Source: Octopus vulgaris
Lineage: Eukaryota
Assembly (NCBI GenBank): GCA_951406725.2
Contig: OX597831.1
Coordinates: 15,314,001-15,378,000 of the forward strand
Direction: 5' to 3'
Length of the DNA stretch: 64,000 nt
The position numbers were made by a program, and so were the translations under genes. The number at the start of each line of letters is the position of its first letter. Position 1 is the first letter of the stretch. Positions 28,682 to 42,325 of this stretch are shown piece by piece. The notes below the pieces were generated by a model. It was not told where the DNA came from, did not search any database, and saw only the letters and a program-made list of their open reading frames with translations.

Positions 28682-29199
28682 CACATACACATATATACGC
28701 ATACACACACATACACAAATATGCTTATGCAAATGCACACGGACGCACACACATGGACACAAACAAAGAAACAGTCAAAGTGAAAAAGTATGGAATAGGT
28801 TGCAAGACGCAACGAATGACTGAAAATCGAACCTGTCACTGCTATAAGTAATAAGGCACTAAAAGAGAATTCTCTCCGCAGATATAATAAAATACGCTTC
28901 AACACACGAATTCACATATAGAATTTTTACAAACCACATGCAAAAACGAAATATATATAAACATAAGTTATATTCATACCCGTTTTAACATGGCTGTCCG
29001 TTACGAATATTACTTCTTGCTACAACTGCTGCGTAGATTTTAGAAATAATATTTTTGCTATAGATGTTAACTTGTCCTGTTCTCTATTTATTCTCGTTGT
29101 TTACATATTTCACTCGTTTTTCCCTAGGTTGTTTACGCATTTCATGTTATTTGCACTGTTGGTGACTCCCTGCACCCATATATATATATATATAAATAA

Positions 29200-29230
<31 letters not shown>

Positions 29231-29386
29231 TATATACATATATGTATATATATAATATATATATATTTATAAATATTATATATATATATATAAAAACATG
29301 TACACACATATAGACATATGTATAAACGTCTGTATATATCTGTATATATATATGTATATATATATATATATATAATAAATAAATAA

Positions 29387-29492
<106 letters not shown>

Positions 29493-30931
29493 GCAGAGAG
29501 ACAACAGCAATGATGTCATTAACTCACAGCGATAAGTCGTGTGAGAAAGATGTAGGGAAATGATTGTGCGTGTGCATTTGTGTGCGTGTGTGTTTTTGGG
29601 GATGGATGAATGTATACTTTACACCTACCCAAACTCCGGAGGCCGGAGGCCATAACCTAATAAATCTTATATTTCATTGTCACCAACAGAGAACCAACGC
29701 TAACGTTTGCGTACCCTTAGGTTTAGTTCTTCATAAACATCGTAACTGAACTGAATATTTACTTTCTCTATTTACTATAAACATATTTACCTGAAATTGG
29801 AGAAAACTTTTCAGCACATACCTTGCTGCTCGTATATAATTTCCATTCACAGAAACTCAGAACAAAATGCTACCCTATGAAAACTTAGTAACTCTACATA
29901 ACGTTGCTTACAATACATACTGTGAGCTGGAATATCACTCTGCCTGATTAGCGATTTTAGTTTTCATAATTATGTTGGTTAAACTTGAAATAATAAATTA
30001 CATTTTAATTGCTTACATCGGTTGTCGTTTGCCTTATCTTTCCTGATCTCGTATTAAGTAATTAAATAACCAGTGTTAATGTCACTAATCATACGTTGAT
30101 CCTTAACACAGGCACGTTTCCTGTGTTCAGCAAAAACTTCTCAGGAGCTCAATTCTGGGAACTAAATATTACATACACACAAACATTCATGCATCCACAT
30201 ATGTCTACACACATATACCTATTTGACTACCTTTCTGTATATATAGACACATATACACACAATCATACACGCATACACACACATATAATTACTTGAATGT
30301 GTATAATGATGATACGTTTCAGCAGATCCAACGTGAAAATAAAATGTTTTAGTATTGCATTTCGCCTTGGGAGATCACCTTGTTGACAACGCTCTCAGTT
30401 CAGTGACGTTAGAGGCATTGATGCACCGGTGATTCTTGTTGCTTATGACACTTTCGTTAAAACTACCACCGGACCAACGATTGTATACAACCATGCTTCT
30501 TCCTGTTTATAGAATTTACCTTCTTTGCAGTCGTGTGCTGTTGTCTGCAAAATTCTAATAATTCTAATAAATCACCAGCACATAAAACAGCCACAGTCGA
30601 AAAGGTGATGTGCGTATATATTCACAAAGGGGTCCAGGCTTATAATAATAAGTATTGTATTTTGTCTTCAATGACGTATTTCGCCGAGTCTACCTGCTTG
30701 CCAATATACGTAAGTACGTATATATGTACGTACGCACGGACGTACCTCCCTCCCTCCCTACCTAACTCTCTACCTACCTACCTCCCTCCCTACCTACCTA
30801 CCTACCTACTTACCTATCTATTTTCATTACTATCTGTCTATCAATTTACATATGTATGAAACTGTTTATCTTTCTAACTATCTAGCTAGCTAGCTACCTC
30901 ACTCTCTCTCTATGTATATCTATCTATCTCC

Positions 30932-30966
<35 letters not shown>

Positions 30967-31936
30967 ACATCTACTTCTCTGCCACTTGATGTTTATAGTT
31001 GCTTAATCTGACAACACGGATTTCCATTCAAGACTTAATACTAAATGCAAATATAGAAATCCACGGCCTTTAGTTTGGAAAACACAAGAAAGTAACAATT
31101 ACATCTATCTTTTTACATAAGGTTGCAATACTTTAAATGACTACTCATATAATAAGTCGTCCATCTTTCTTATCATCTATATATAGAAATATCTATCTAC
31201 GTGGATAAGGAGGGTCATTGAGGCCGCGTTCCTTTCTCTAAACATGCACATGCACCCGTATACAAACACTCACAAACACAGAAAAGCACACGGTCGTCCT
31301 GCCCTCTCCTCTCTCTTTTCCTCCTCTCTAAACTTTACCACGCAGCTCTACCCTTAACAGGTTCTCATTTCCTCGGTCTTTTCCTTCAAGAATGAAAGTA
31401 ATCGCTTTCTCCTATCCCTCACCGCTACCACGATCCATCTGTTTGTCTCCCCGCTTAATTACACATTTTAGAGCATCAAACATTTGGCCTCTGCATCTAA
31501 ACAAACCGATTCTTCACCAAGGTCAGCCATTGCAATGTCGATCGTTACATAAAAAATTTTTTTTTTACCATTACAATTTAAAGCGTCCAGCTGTCAGAAT
31601 TTTTAGCGCTCGGAAATTTGCCATGTAGTATATGTTTCGCATTATTGTATTCTATGCTGGAAGCGGGCAGAGGTCAACTTTGCTATCTCTAACTTTAAGA
31701 GAATATTCAGCATTGCCAATCATATAACTAAATCAAAAACAATTAGTCTCATTATTAATAAACATATTGTAACTGTTATTAGTAATTAGTACACAATATA
31801 AATATTGGTTAACAATTACATTTGTATTTATATGTCTCATTATAAATGCGCATTAATGTATCCATTCGAACTAATTTATATAAAAAAATACGTAAACGTT
31901 AGACAAACACACACACAAACACACAGACAGTGGGTG

Positions 31937-31973
<37 letters not shown>

Positions 31974-32207
31974 AGACAGTGTGGTGCATTAAGAGCTGCA
32001 CCAAGAGTAAAAACCTAATATTTCTGCGCGTGTATATATATGTTTGTATGTGAGTGTATACGTACATACATACATACACACACACAAACACACACACACA
32101 CACACATATATGTATGTATGTATATATATATTTATAAATACAGGTATACATATATATAAATATACATAATATATATATATATATACATACATTACATACA
32201 TACATCA

Positions 32208-32257
<50 letters not shown>

Positions 32258-32970
32258 GTATATGTATGTATGTGTGTATGTATGTATGTACTTATAATTG
32301 TATGTATGTAGACAGTTGTAAAAACGGACATTAACGGAAGAGAGACACGCCACATGGAATATTCCATTTCTTTTCTCATTTACTTTGTCTTCTGTTCGTT
32401 TAGAAATTTTTCGTGCATTGTTTAGTCCACAGAATTCTCCTTTTGTGCAAGGAACAAAATTCGATTAAGATGGCCACGTGAAACATATTTCTGTTTATTC
32501 AAACTTTTAAACACTTCGTATCGCATGTGCATTCAGGTACACATACACACAACCAGAGAAGTACACATACATGTAGATAAGCTTTCACTCGTCGATTACA
32601 GATGTTTTGAAATAAGCTATCTAATTACTGATTATTCGTAGAAACGTTTGAGGCTTATGCAGATATGGGAAATATCGACGTAATTTGAGACAAAGCAATG
32701 TATAATACGATTGGCAGGTTGGGTCATACAGACTGACCATGTGAGGGATATCACACGACTACCGTATTATTTCTTCACCGGAATTTAGTAGATTCTGGGC
32801 CAGATATTGACAAAGATAACGTATATAACTTTTTAATATCGATTAGAAATTTGTGTTATAATGTTACATGAACTTCCACACACTTTCACGAACAGTCACA
32901 CACACGTATATACACAGGTGTGCTAGTAGATATATATATATATATGTATATATATATACTGATTCGTACA

Positions 32971-33091
<121 letters not shown>

Positions 33092-35139
33092 GCGATGGAC
33101 TGAAAATATAGCACAAAGGGCGCCATGTTTACACCACTGTCGCAATCCAGAGAAAATCACAAGATGTCCTCAACTCGTTGTCTGAAAACAACTTCCATGC
33201 CCGATTGTAAAATTGACAGGAACGCTAGGACCAGTGTACAGCTGCGCAAGGTGACTATTTCGATGGACAGGTTAAACTACCGTGAAAAAGATATTTTTTA
33301 TTAAGCATAACTTGTCCGAGTACGTTTTGATACGACCTTGTATACGCATACACAAAAGAGAGAGAGAGAGGAGGAAAAGAGAATAATAGGAAAATAGATA
33401 GAGCATAAAAATAGATAGATAATAGATGGTTAGGTAGAGAGACCAAATTTGTGAAACACATTTTGGCTGTTTGATTAATTACACTGAGAGCGGTAGCAAT
33501 GGGCAATGTGTTTCAGTGTTGTACTCCCTAGATTCACCCTATGGAATCCAATAAATGTTAAACTCTACTTGATATCTGAGGTTTTGAGATGTTTTAGATA
33601 TGTCTAAACCAAGTAAAACAAAAAGATTGGTATATTTGAATGTTTACTTAAAGAATATCGCTATACTTGAAATAAACTTACGTGACCCTCAGACGGAAAA
33701 TCCGTTTCGTTTTTTTCCTCCAGATTAAAAGTATTACTGTACCTGGTGTATATGTTCGTTTGCTTAACGGATCCCTTCCAAGATTCTCACAATTCTTGCT
33801 TTACATTCAAGTATTTCTCGCAATTTTCTTTTCATTTGCATGCTACTTTTCGACGGCGCCAGCTGATTCCAATATATATTTGTGTGCAACGAGAAAGCAC
33901 ACGATTGCGATGTGAATTATCTAAAAACATTATTATGAATTCGTTCCTTTAGTGTTGTTATGATTATATATCAGCATAAATGACATTTTATTTGAAAAGT
34001 TAAATAACGAGCACATTTTCTTTCCCAGCTCCAGATTCCAAATAGGTCCGTGCCCGCAGAGCAAATTTGATCATTTCTTCATGAAGACCCAACACAAAAG
34101 GAATTAAGTTTAACGTTTCTTATGTTTAAAAGACGTGAAAAATGGATTATTATACAATTATATCGGGAAGTAGTCACAAAACAGGAACATATAACTAATA
34201 TTAGAATGTGCCTCAAGGTAGCGATAACTTTTATGACTATCCTATAGTTTCTGAACTGCAATTCTCTGTTGTTGGATGGTTTCAGCAAAAATCAATAAAG
34301 AATGCCAAAGGCAAAGTCGAAAACGAATAGAATAAAGATAGTGGACACATTTTCGTAAACAATTACATTCATTTGTTCTTTGCCTTTGGTTCGAAATTCT
34401 CAACCGGTCAATTCTGAAAATACTTCATTGTTCTCGCTTATGAACTGCCAAAGGTGCCACACAATGGGACTTAACATGGAACCATGTGGTTAAAAAACAA
34501 GACACGGCTATGCATGCAAACGCTCAGCCAATTTTAAATTATTGAGTAACGCAGCTCCATGTCATCAACTTGCTACTGAAGTTACCTGTTGTAATTATGT
34601 TTCTCGGCCCTATTTCGATTACACTGCAAAGAAAACAGAATATGCAGTGACGTTAGTAAGGCAGGGTTTTGCGGCCTGGTAGGTCAACTATGAAATTTGC
34701 ACCCCAAAACAGCGACATCAATAACAACTACTACGATTAACCCCCCCCACCATTTTCTTCTGGAACCCTCTGTATCGCAAATACTGCATTTGCTTTAATT
34801 TTTGGCACAATGCAAGAAATTTTGAATGTAGGAAGAAGTAGATTCCATCGACCACAGTTGTCAGCTGCTGCATGCTTTATCAAACTGGAAAGGATGAGAG
34901 ATAATGGACACAATGCAAAGGTATGAACTCAGAACATAAAACCGTAAGAAATGTATGTTCTTCTTCTTCTTCTTCTTCTTCTTCTTCTTCTTCTTCTTCT
35001 TCTTCTTCTTCTTCTTCTTCTTCTTCTTCTTCTTCTTCTTCTTCTTCTTCTTTATCTTCTTCTTTATCTTCTTCTTCTTCTTCTTCTTCTTTATCTTCTT
35101 CTTCTTTATCTTCTTCCTTATCTACTTCTTCTTCGTCTT

Positions 35140-35323
35140 CTATCTACCACCTTATCCTTCCCTTCTTACGCTCCCCTCCTTTCTCCTCCTCTTACCCCTA
35201 CCGCCATACAATGATTATTTGACAACGAAACCTTAATATCTGGCTGAAAATCAACAACATGATAACTGATGGAATGACATGGCTATATACGATACTCTAC
35301 ACCTGTTTCAACACTGATTGTTC
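35140..35323 (-). repeat. Second copy of the (TTC)n-abutting repeat at 8940-9132
   Basis: Direct alignment; follows the (TTC)n tract at 34958-35140. Confidence 0.85.
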
Positions 35324-36785
35324 AACAGTCTGTGAATTTCCTCTATCTTTTTGCCGCGTTGCTCTTTATAACCATATTGATATTTAAGCTATTTTTATAA
35401 CCATATTGATATTTAAGCTTTTTTGCCAAAGATCGAAGGGGAACAGAAAAATGAATCTACAAGACAGGCATATATTCTATCAACAGATCCGCATTAATTA
35501 CTCTATGTATACAGAAGCGTAATTCACAAGCGAATGTAATATGATGTAAGGCATTTCTTTTGTGCTAATGGCTTTTCACGTCTATATAGACGTCAGCTGA
35601 CATAGAAGCTCCCTCTGTTGTGCCACACGTAGCCCGGCTGAACGTCTACAATGCAACAGCTTGAGAAACAGGGAGAGGATAAGAGAGAACGTCAGTGAGA
35701 GAGATACCCCACTAGCACGAGGTTAGTATTCATCTTACCCTGTGGAGAATAGTGTAAATTGGAATGGTGTAACTTGATCCAAGATAATGTATATGCTTGG
35801 TCAATGAATCAGTAGTGATTCCAAGAAAAAAAAGTAGATACATTTTCCATTGTCCCAGAGACCGCGTAGAGGCTCCTTTAAAGTTTCTGAATGTTGCGGA
35901 GTTAGATGGCCCCTCCGTCACATTGAAATTCATTCGTTGCCTCTTTTGATAGCCATGGCGGACATATATATTCGCGAATCAATTAACGAACATCACTGTA
36001 AGAAACAATGAAGAACAACTGATTATAGAATGTAATTGAATTAAAGGCAATTAGGTGGCAAGTTAGAAATAAATTAATTTATCCAAGTCAGATAACAATT
36101 ACTGCTACCTTTGATTAACGGATGTGCAAACAATTAGTTTGATCAATAATTAGTAGTGAAACATCGAAATGTCATTTGAAACACGGAGAGAACGTAAAGG
36201 ACAATGTTACAAGACGAAATGACTGCGTTGTAATTTGTTCTAAAATACCGTAAACTAAAATTAATGAAACGTTCTTCGATGTGAGAACGTGCATTTTATT
36301 TTACATGAGTATCATTGCTAATATGTATTCAATAGTCAGACTATAATGAATGAATGTGTAGCTTGTAATTAACTGCTCAAAGCTAAGAGAAGAATGCTGG
36401 GTAATAAGCTGAAGTGAATTAGCAATATTGGTGACACAAAGTGTTATTAAAGTCGATCCAATTGGTGATGTATTGACACAGTTGGGATCTAGTCAGGCAG
36501 GTTTATAATTAAATACATCACGGTAATCGTCATTTCATATATGTAGATATACGTTCTTCCGTATACTATAGGTTCATAACCGATTTCAGGAAATTGGCCG
36601 GGTGAACGACCGTGTAGTGTCACCGTGCTCTGTCGTAATGGGCTCCCTGCGGCCTTCGGTAATATATTCGGTAATATATTAGGTTGAGATTAGATTTTTC
36701 ATTTCTGATTAAAACGTGATTGGATGTAAACTGGCAGAACGATGCAACGGCTTTGAATGTATGAATTTATTACGCAAATAACGCC

Positions 36786-36858
<73 letters not shown>

Positions 36859-36974
36859 CTGGTAAAGACATTAAAAGTTCACCTACTATAAACCTCATGC
36901 AAGTTTTTATAATTTGCAGTGTACACCGCCACCGGGTGTGAAGCGGTAGGGAAGGAGGAAAACACAGACACAAA

Positions 36975-37037
<63 letters not shown>

Positions 37038-37038
<1 letters not shown>

Positions 37039-37197
37039 ACGGGCTTCTATCCGTTTCCATCTAGCAAATCTACTCACAAGACTTTCGCCGACGTGATTAT
37101 TATAGAAGACACTACTTCAAGCTGCCACGCAGTGAGACTGAATTCAGAACCATGCGATCGGGAACCGAGCTTCCTACCACACGCACATGCCTGCGCC
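37038..37197 (-). mobile_element. 5' part of SINE family A, diverged
   Basis: Reverse complement ggcgcaggcatgtgcgtgtggtaggaagctc...ttcagtctcactgcgtggca...ttgtgagtagatttgctagatggaaac. Confidence 0.75.
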
Positions 37198-37699
37198 ACT
37201 ATTATTATTATTATTGAGATTACTACTAATGAAAACGCCCATTGATTTAATCCGTTTAAGGAATGAAATTTTCCTTTTTGTTTTACAACCGCATGCATAT
37301 CGTGGCATAATCACCATTATAGTAAGACGTTATATAATATTCATGTTTCCTTTTAACCACTGCTTGTTTACTCACATCGTCTCTCAGTCGAATGAACAAT
37401 CACACATTTTATACTCAATATTAAAATGCAAATTTACTGAAGTTATCGAATCTATCAACTTAATATTTAATAGCACGAATAAATTTTAATAAATCATTGT
37501 TATAGCTTTCTTTTCATGATGTTAAATTTTTTTCACTTTATTGGCAATCTCCAGAATTTAATGTAGCATATTTCTTTCCCCCAAATGGCGTATTATGATT
37601 TAGATAACACCGGCAAATGGAATAGTAAATTGTTTCCAAGTCATTTGTATACTGTTGTCACATTCCAACATCAATGGTTTTATTTATTTTATATTTTAT

Positions 37700-37761
<62 letters not shown>

Positions 37762-37789
37762 GAGTGAGAGAGCAGTTTATGCCATCAAA

Positions 37790-37870
<81 letters not shown>

Positions 37871-38308
37871 GTTATTATTACTGATAGCATTCCGTATAAC
37901 TTATCTCGAAAACAATGATTAGATTTCTGAGTATTTACATTATATTGTGAATTGGTTTTGCAGATTGTTTGATTGACGAGAATAGATTTATTGTTTTATT
38001 GGATGGAAATGACAGCATATGTTATCATATTGTCTCTAGGTGTCTCTTGTTTATGCTTTTTTTTAGCATTAATGCCATACGTAAATCCTATATTGGAGTG
38101 TTGTATTTGAAAAAGAAAAAGAATTGGAATATTGTGATTAAAATGTCTGCATATTTCAGCTCCTCTGTCTTAATCTCTATACTTTGAGTTCTCGACAAAA
38201 TATTTGAGTGTTGAACATTATTTACACATGAATGCAGGTACAGACGGCGACATTGAATTCGCCTCGCTACGTCCTCATGAAAACAAATATAGTATATACA
38301 CATAGATG

Positions 38309-38370
<62 letters not shown>

Positions 38371-38418
38371 CACACACGCACACATTTGTATATATGTATA
38401 TACATATGTATATATTAA

Positions 38419-38545
<127 letters not shown>

Positions 38546-38599
38546 GGTCCCGGGTTGATTCGGGGTTAACCACAGTAAATAAGGTACTCAATACATATT

Positions 38600-38652
38600 G
38601 AGCTTCCTGATGATTTCTCTTGAATGAAACAGTTCTAGTCCTGTAGAAGCTC
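38600..38652 (+). ncRNA. Type I hammerhead ribozyme, family H1 copy 2
   Basis: gagcttc-CTGATGA-tttc-tctt-gaat-GAAA-cag-ttctagtc-ctg-TA-gaagctc, within an insert of about 125 bp flanked by (TA)n. Confidence 0.78.
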
Positions 38653-38662
38653 CTTCTATATA

Positions 38663-38699
<37 letters not shown>

Positions 38700-38773
38700 T
38701 CGCCATGTTGATTCGCTAGCTTCTGCACGCATTTTTTCTCTCCTCGTTTCTCTCCGTGTTTCTTTTCTGTGTA

Positions 38774-38811
38774 TCTTTCTGTTGAAGAGCGTAGGCTCGA
38801 AACGTAAAAGA
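38774..38811 (+). ncRNA. Minimal hammerhead motif (family H2)
   Basis: tcttt-CTGTTGA-a-gagc-gtag-gctc-GAAA-cg-TA-aaaga. Stems I and II are perfect; one core substitution (A to T in CTGA). A more decayed relative lies at 55260-55296. Confidence 0.65.
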
Positions 38812-38907
38812 CTTGTTTTATTTATATTGCTGAGCGCCATACTAATACAATTATTTGTTTGTATTCCACCTGCCTTCGTCTTTTGCTTATTTTCATAAAG
38901 CTTCCCG

Positions 38908-38965
<58 letters not shown>

Positions 38966-38972
<7 letters not shown>

Positions 38973-39593
38973 ATCCATTCAAGTTGCTGAACTTCTGCCA
39001 AATTTGAAAGGAATAATGTAATCGATGTCAGTTATACGTCATTGAAAAGAGTTTAGCGGGTCTCGAACAAATGAAAATGAATGCTATTACACTCAGACAT
39101 CCTGAATAGATGTCTCAGAGACTTTCACCAAATTCATTAAGATGTGTGCAATACGTGACAAATGTAGTAAACCATTTTAATACGAAATGATTAAAAAAAC
39201 AGGTTACGTCATTTTCTTACCAAACTCTAAAGGTTTTGAGTCTGATCTGCAGCCTTTTGTTATGGCCTCTCTCTACGGGGCTACGCTGGGTTTCATGTAC
39301 AGAAATGCTTAGATTTCTTCTGACACTAATGGCTGGTGACATACAACCTCTCTTCAAAGCGGTGGGAGAAAAGACTGCATGGCTATATGTTGAACCTAGG
39401 GATAACGACGCTTGAGCAATGAAACTCGAATGTTTACCAATCTTGTTCTCCAGCCTATATGAAATATAGTTATGGCCGGTCTCTATGGGGTTACCCGTAC
39501 GTTCTCAAATAACCTTTGCATTTGATTTTTTAATGTCTCTACCCCCATACTTTCGTGAGTTGAATTGAGCAAACACTATATGAGAGAGATTTT

Positions 39594-39639
<46 letters not shown>

Positions 39640-39716
39640 TTCGCCTTAAATGGTCCCTTTGCATACTGAATACTTGGTGAGATTGATTAATTAATTAATT
39701 TTACCCTCAATTGTTG

Positions 39717-39770
<54 letters not shown>

Positions 39771-40277
39771 ATGTCCTATCCATTCAAGTTGCTGAACTTC
39801 TGCCAAATTTGAAAGGAATAATGTAATCGATGTCAGTTATACGTCATTGAAAAGAGGTTAGCGGGTCTCGAACAAATGAAAATGAATGCTATTACACTAC
39901 ATCCTAAATAGATGTCTCAGAGACTTTCACCAAATTCATTAAGATGTGTGCAATACGTGACAAATGTAGTAAACCATTTTAATACGAAATGATTAAAAAA
40001 ACAGGTTACGTCATTTTCTTACCAAACCCTAAAGGTTATGAGTCTGATCTCCAGCCTTTTGTTATGGCCTCTCTCTACGGGGCTACGCTGGGTTTCATGT
40101 ACAGAAATGCTTAGATTTCTTCTGACACTAATGGCTGGTGCCATACAACCTCTCTTCAAAGCGGTGGGAGAAAAGACTGCATGGCTATATGTTGAACCTA
40201 GGGATAACGACGCTTGAGCAATTAAACTCGAATGTTTACCAATCTTGTTCTCTCAGCCTATATATATATATAGTTAT
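38966..40277. repeat. Local duplication of about 500 bp (38966-39472 and 39771-40277)
   Basis: Near-identical copies starting atgtcctatccattcaagttgc, each directly after (TA)n. A diverged partial third copy lies at 40331-40423. Confidence 0.95.
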
Positions 40278-40764
40278 AGTGTGTGTGTGTGGGGTTATAT
40301 AATCACATCGATTAAAAAGTGCTTAGACAATAATGGCCGGTTGCATATAACCTCTCTTCAATGCGGTGGGAGAAACACCCTCGTAGCTACTTGTTGAATG
40401 CAGGGATAACGAAGCTTGGGCAATCACCACACTCTCCTTATTTATATAACGACATTAAATATTTAGAGTACCGGCTACTAAATCTGTTATACTCATAGAT
40501 TAGCAAAATTAGGTATGTCCATCGATTTGCCATGTCTACACAAATGAGTCACCCTGTATTATATTCGTGCTTTCTCACTGGATACATATTTTTGTAATCA
40601 ATCCTGTTCATCTTGAATGTCTGACACTTCTGCATGGATTCTTCTTTCTATTGTAATTCTAAAGTTCGTGATGTAAAATAACGTAATAAGAAACCGATAA
40701 GCATACATAAATCACATACAAACACTCAAGTACAAACATTTACAGAGCACACACTGTAGATAAG

Positions 40765-40800
<36 letters not shown>

Positions 40801-41086
40801 TGATCATATATAAGTATGTATAGATGCATAAAAAGGGAGAAAGACTTAGCGAAAAAGAGAGATAGAGAGAGAGAGAAAAATGGAGAGAGATGGAGATACA
40901 GAGGGAGAGAGGGAAATAGAGAGAGAGAGAGTGAGAGAGAGAGAGAGTGAGAGAGAGAGGTTATTGACTGGATTCTGTTCACATTCCAATGGTAGTATTC
41001 TTTTTATAAATATTCGGAACAAGGAAAATTGGTTAAGAAGAGAAAAATATGGAAATTTTCAAAAGTAGCTTTAGTGTTTTAATGTT

Positions 41087-41131
<45 letters not shown>

Positions 41132-41373
41132 TATATATATATATATAGTTAGATAGATACATATATAGATATATTTACACCTATCTATATAAATGTATAT
41201 ATATGTATATATGCACTTACATAAATTATATATATATATATATATACATATATACATACGGGGTGTAGTTATGTATGTAACTATGCCTGTGGTTCCCCAA
41301 GTGTCTGTATGAAATCTGTATATGCATTTACATGCGTCTGTTTCTCTCAGTCTCCCTCTCCTCTCTCTCTCTC

Positions 41374-41404
<31 letters not shown>

Positions 41405-41940
41405 TATATAATCACATCGATTATTGATATCGATTCATACCAAAGTGTGTTGCGATTACATCAACCGAATGATGCGGCTGTTAGAGAGATAATACTTCGC
41501 TATCGATAAAAAAAATTCACATGGCCACATCATCGGAGAAGAAGGCGATGCGTCGTTGTAAACTTCAATTTACCGAGATTCATAGTATTTTCTTTTCTAG
41601 AAGTTAAACTTGATCGCTGCCCGTTTTATTTGGTGTTATGGTTAGATACGTTTGTGCTTCAACCCATCTCCCAATGTGTGATGTTGTTTTGATTTTTGTA
41701 CATTTCTTTCATGTTATGAATCTATGTCGAAAATGGTTTTGTGTCTGTGTGTCCCAATGACTTTCTTTGTAATAAAAAAGAATATGATTCTTCACATTGT
41801 TTATGTAAATATCTGTACTAACTAGTTGAGACATTTACTCGGTTGCATTTGCATATATAAGTATGTGGGTATAAAAATACATACATACAAACATATATAC
41901 ATACATAAACACATACAAACATACGCAATTACAAACATTT

Positions 41941-42028
<88 letters not shown>

Positions 42029-42124
42029 AATCCAAACAAGGATGAACAAACAAGAAAAAACAATAATGCGAGGACGTGGTACAAGTAATGTATTAGCAGA
42101 CACCCAGGAAAGGAAAGAAAGAGG

Positions 42125-42159
42125 ATTCTACGTTTCGAGCAAAGTTCTTCTTCAGAAAT
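42125..42159 (-). ncRNA. Minimal hammerhead motif (H2-like)
   Basis: attt-CTGAAGA-a-gaac-ttt-gctc-GAAA-cg-TA-gaat. Core intact, one stem II mismatch. Confidence 0.62.
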
Positions 42160-42262
42160 AGAGGCAAGGCCAAAGGAAGGGAAGACGGAGTAAGAAAATC
42201 GACATCGATACATACACACACACACTACACACACACACACACACACATACACACACGCACAA

Positions 42263-42322
<60 letters not shown>

Positions 42323-42325
<3 letters not shown>

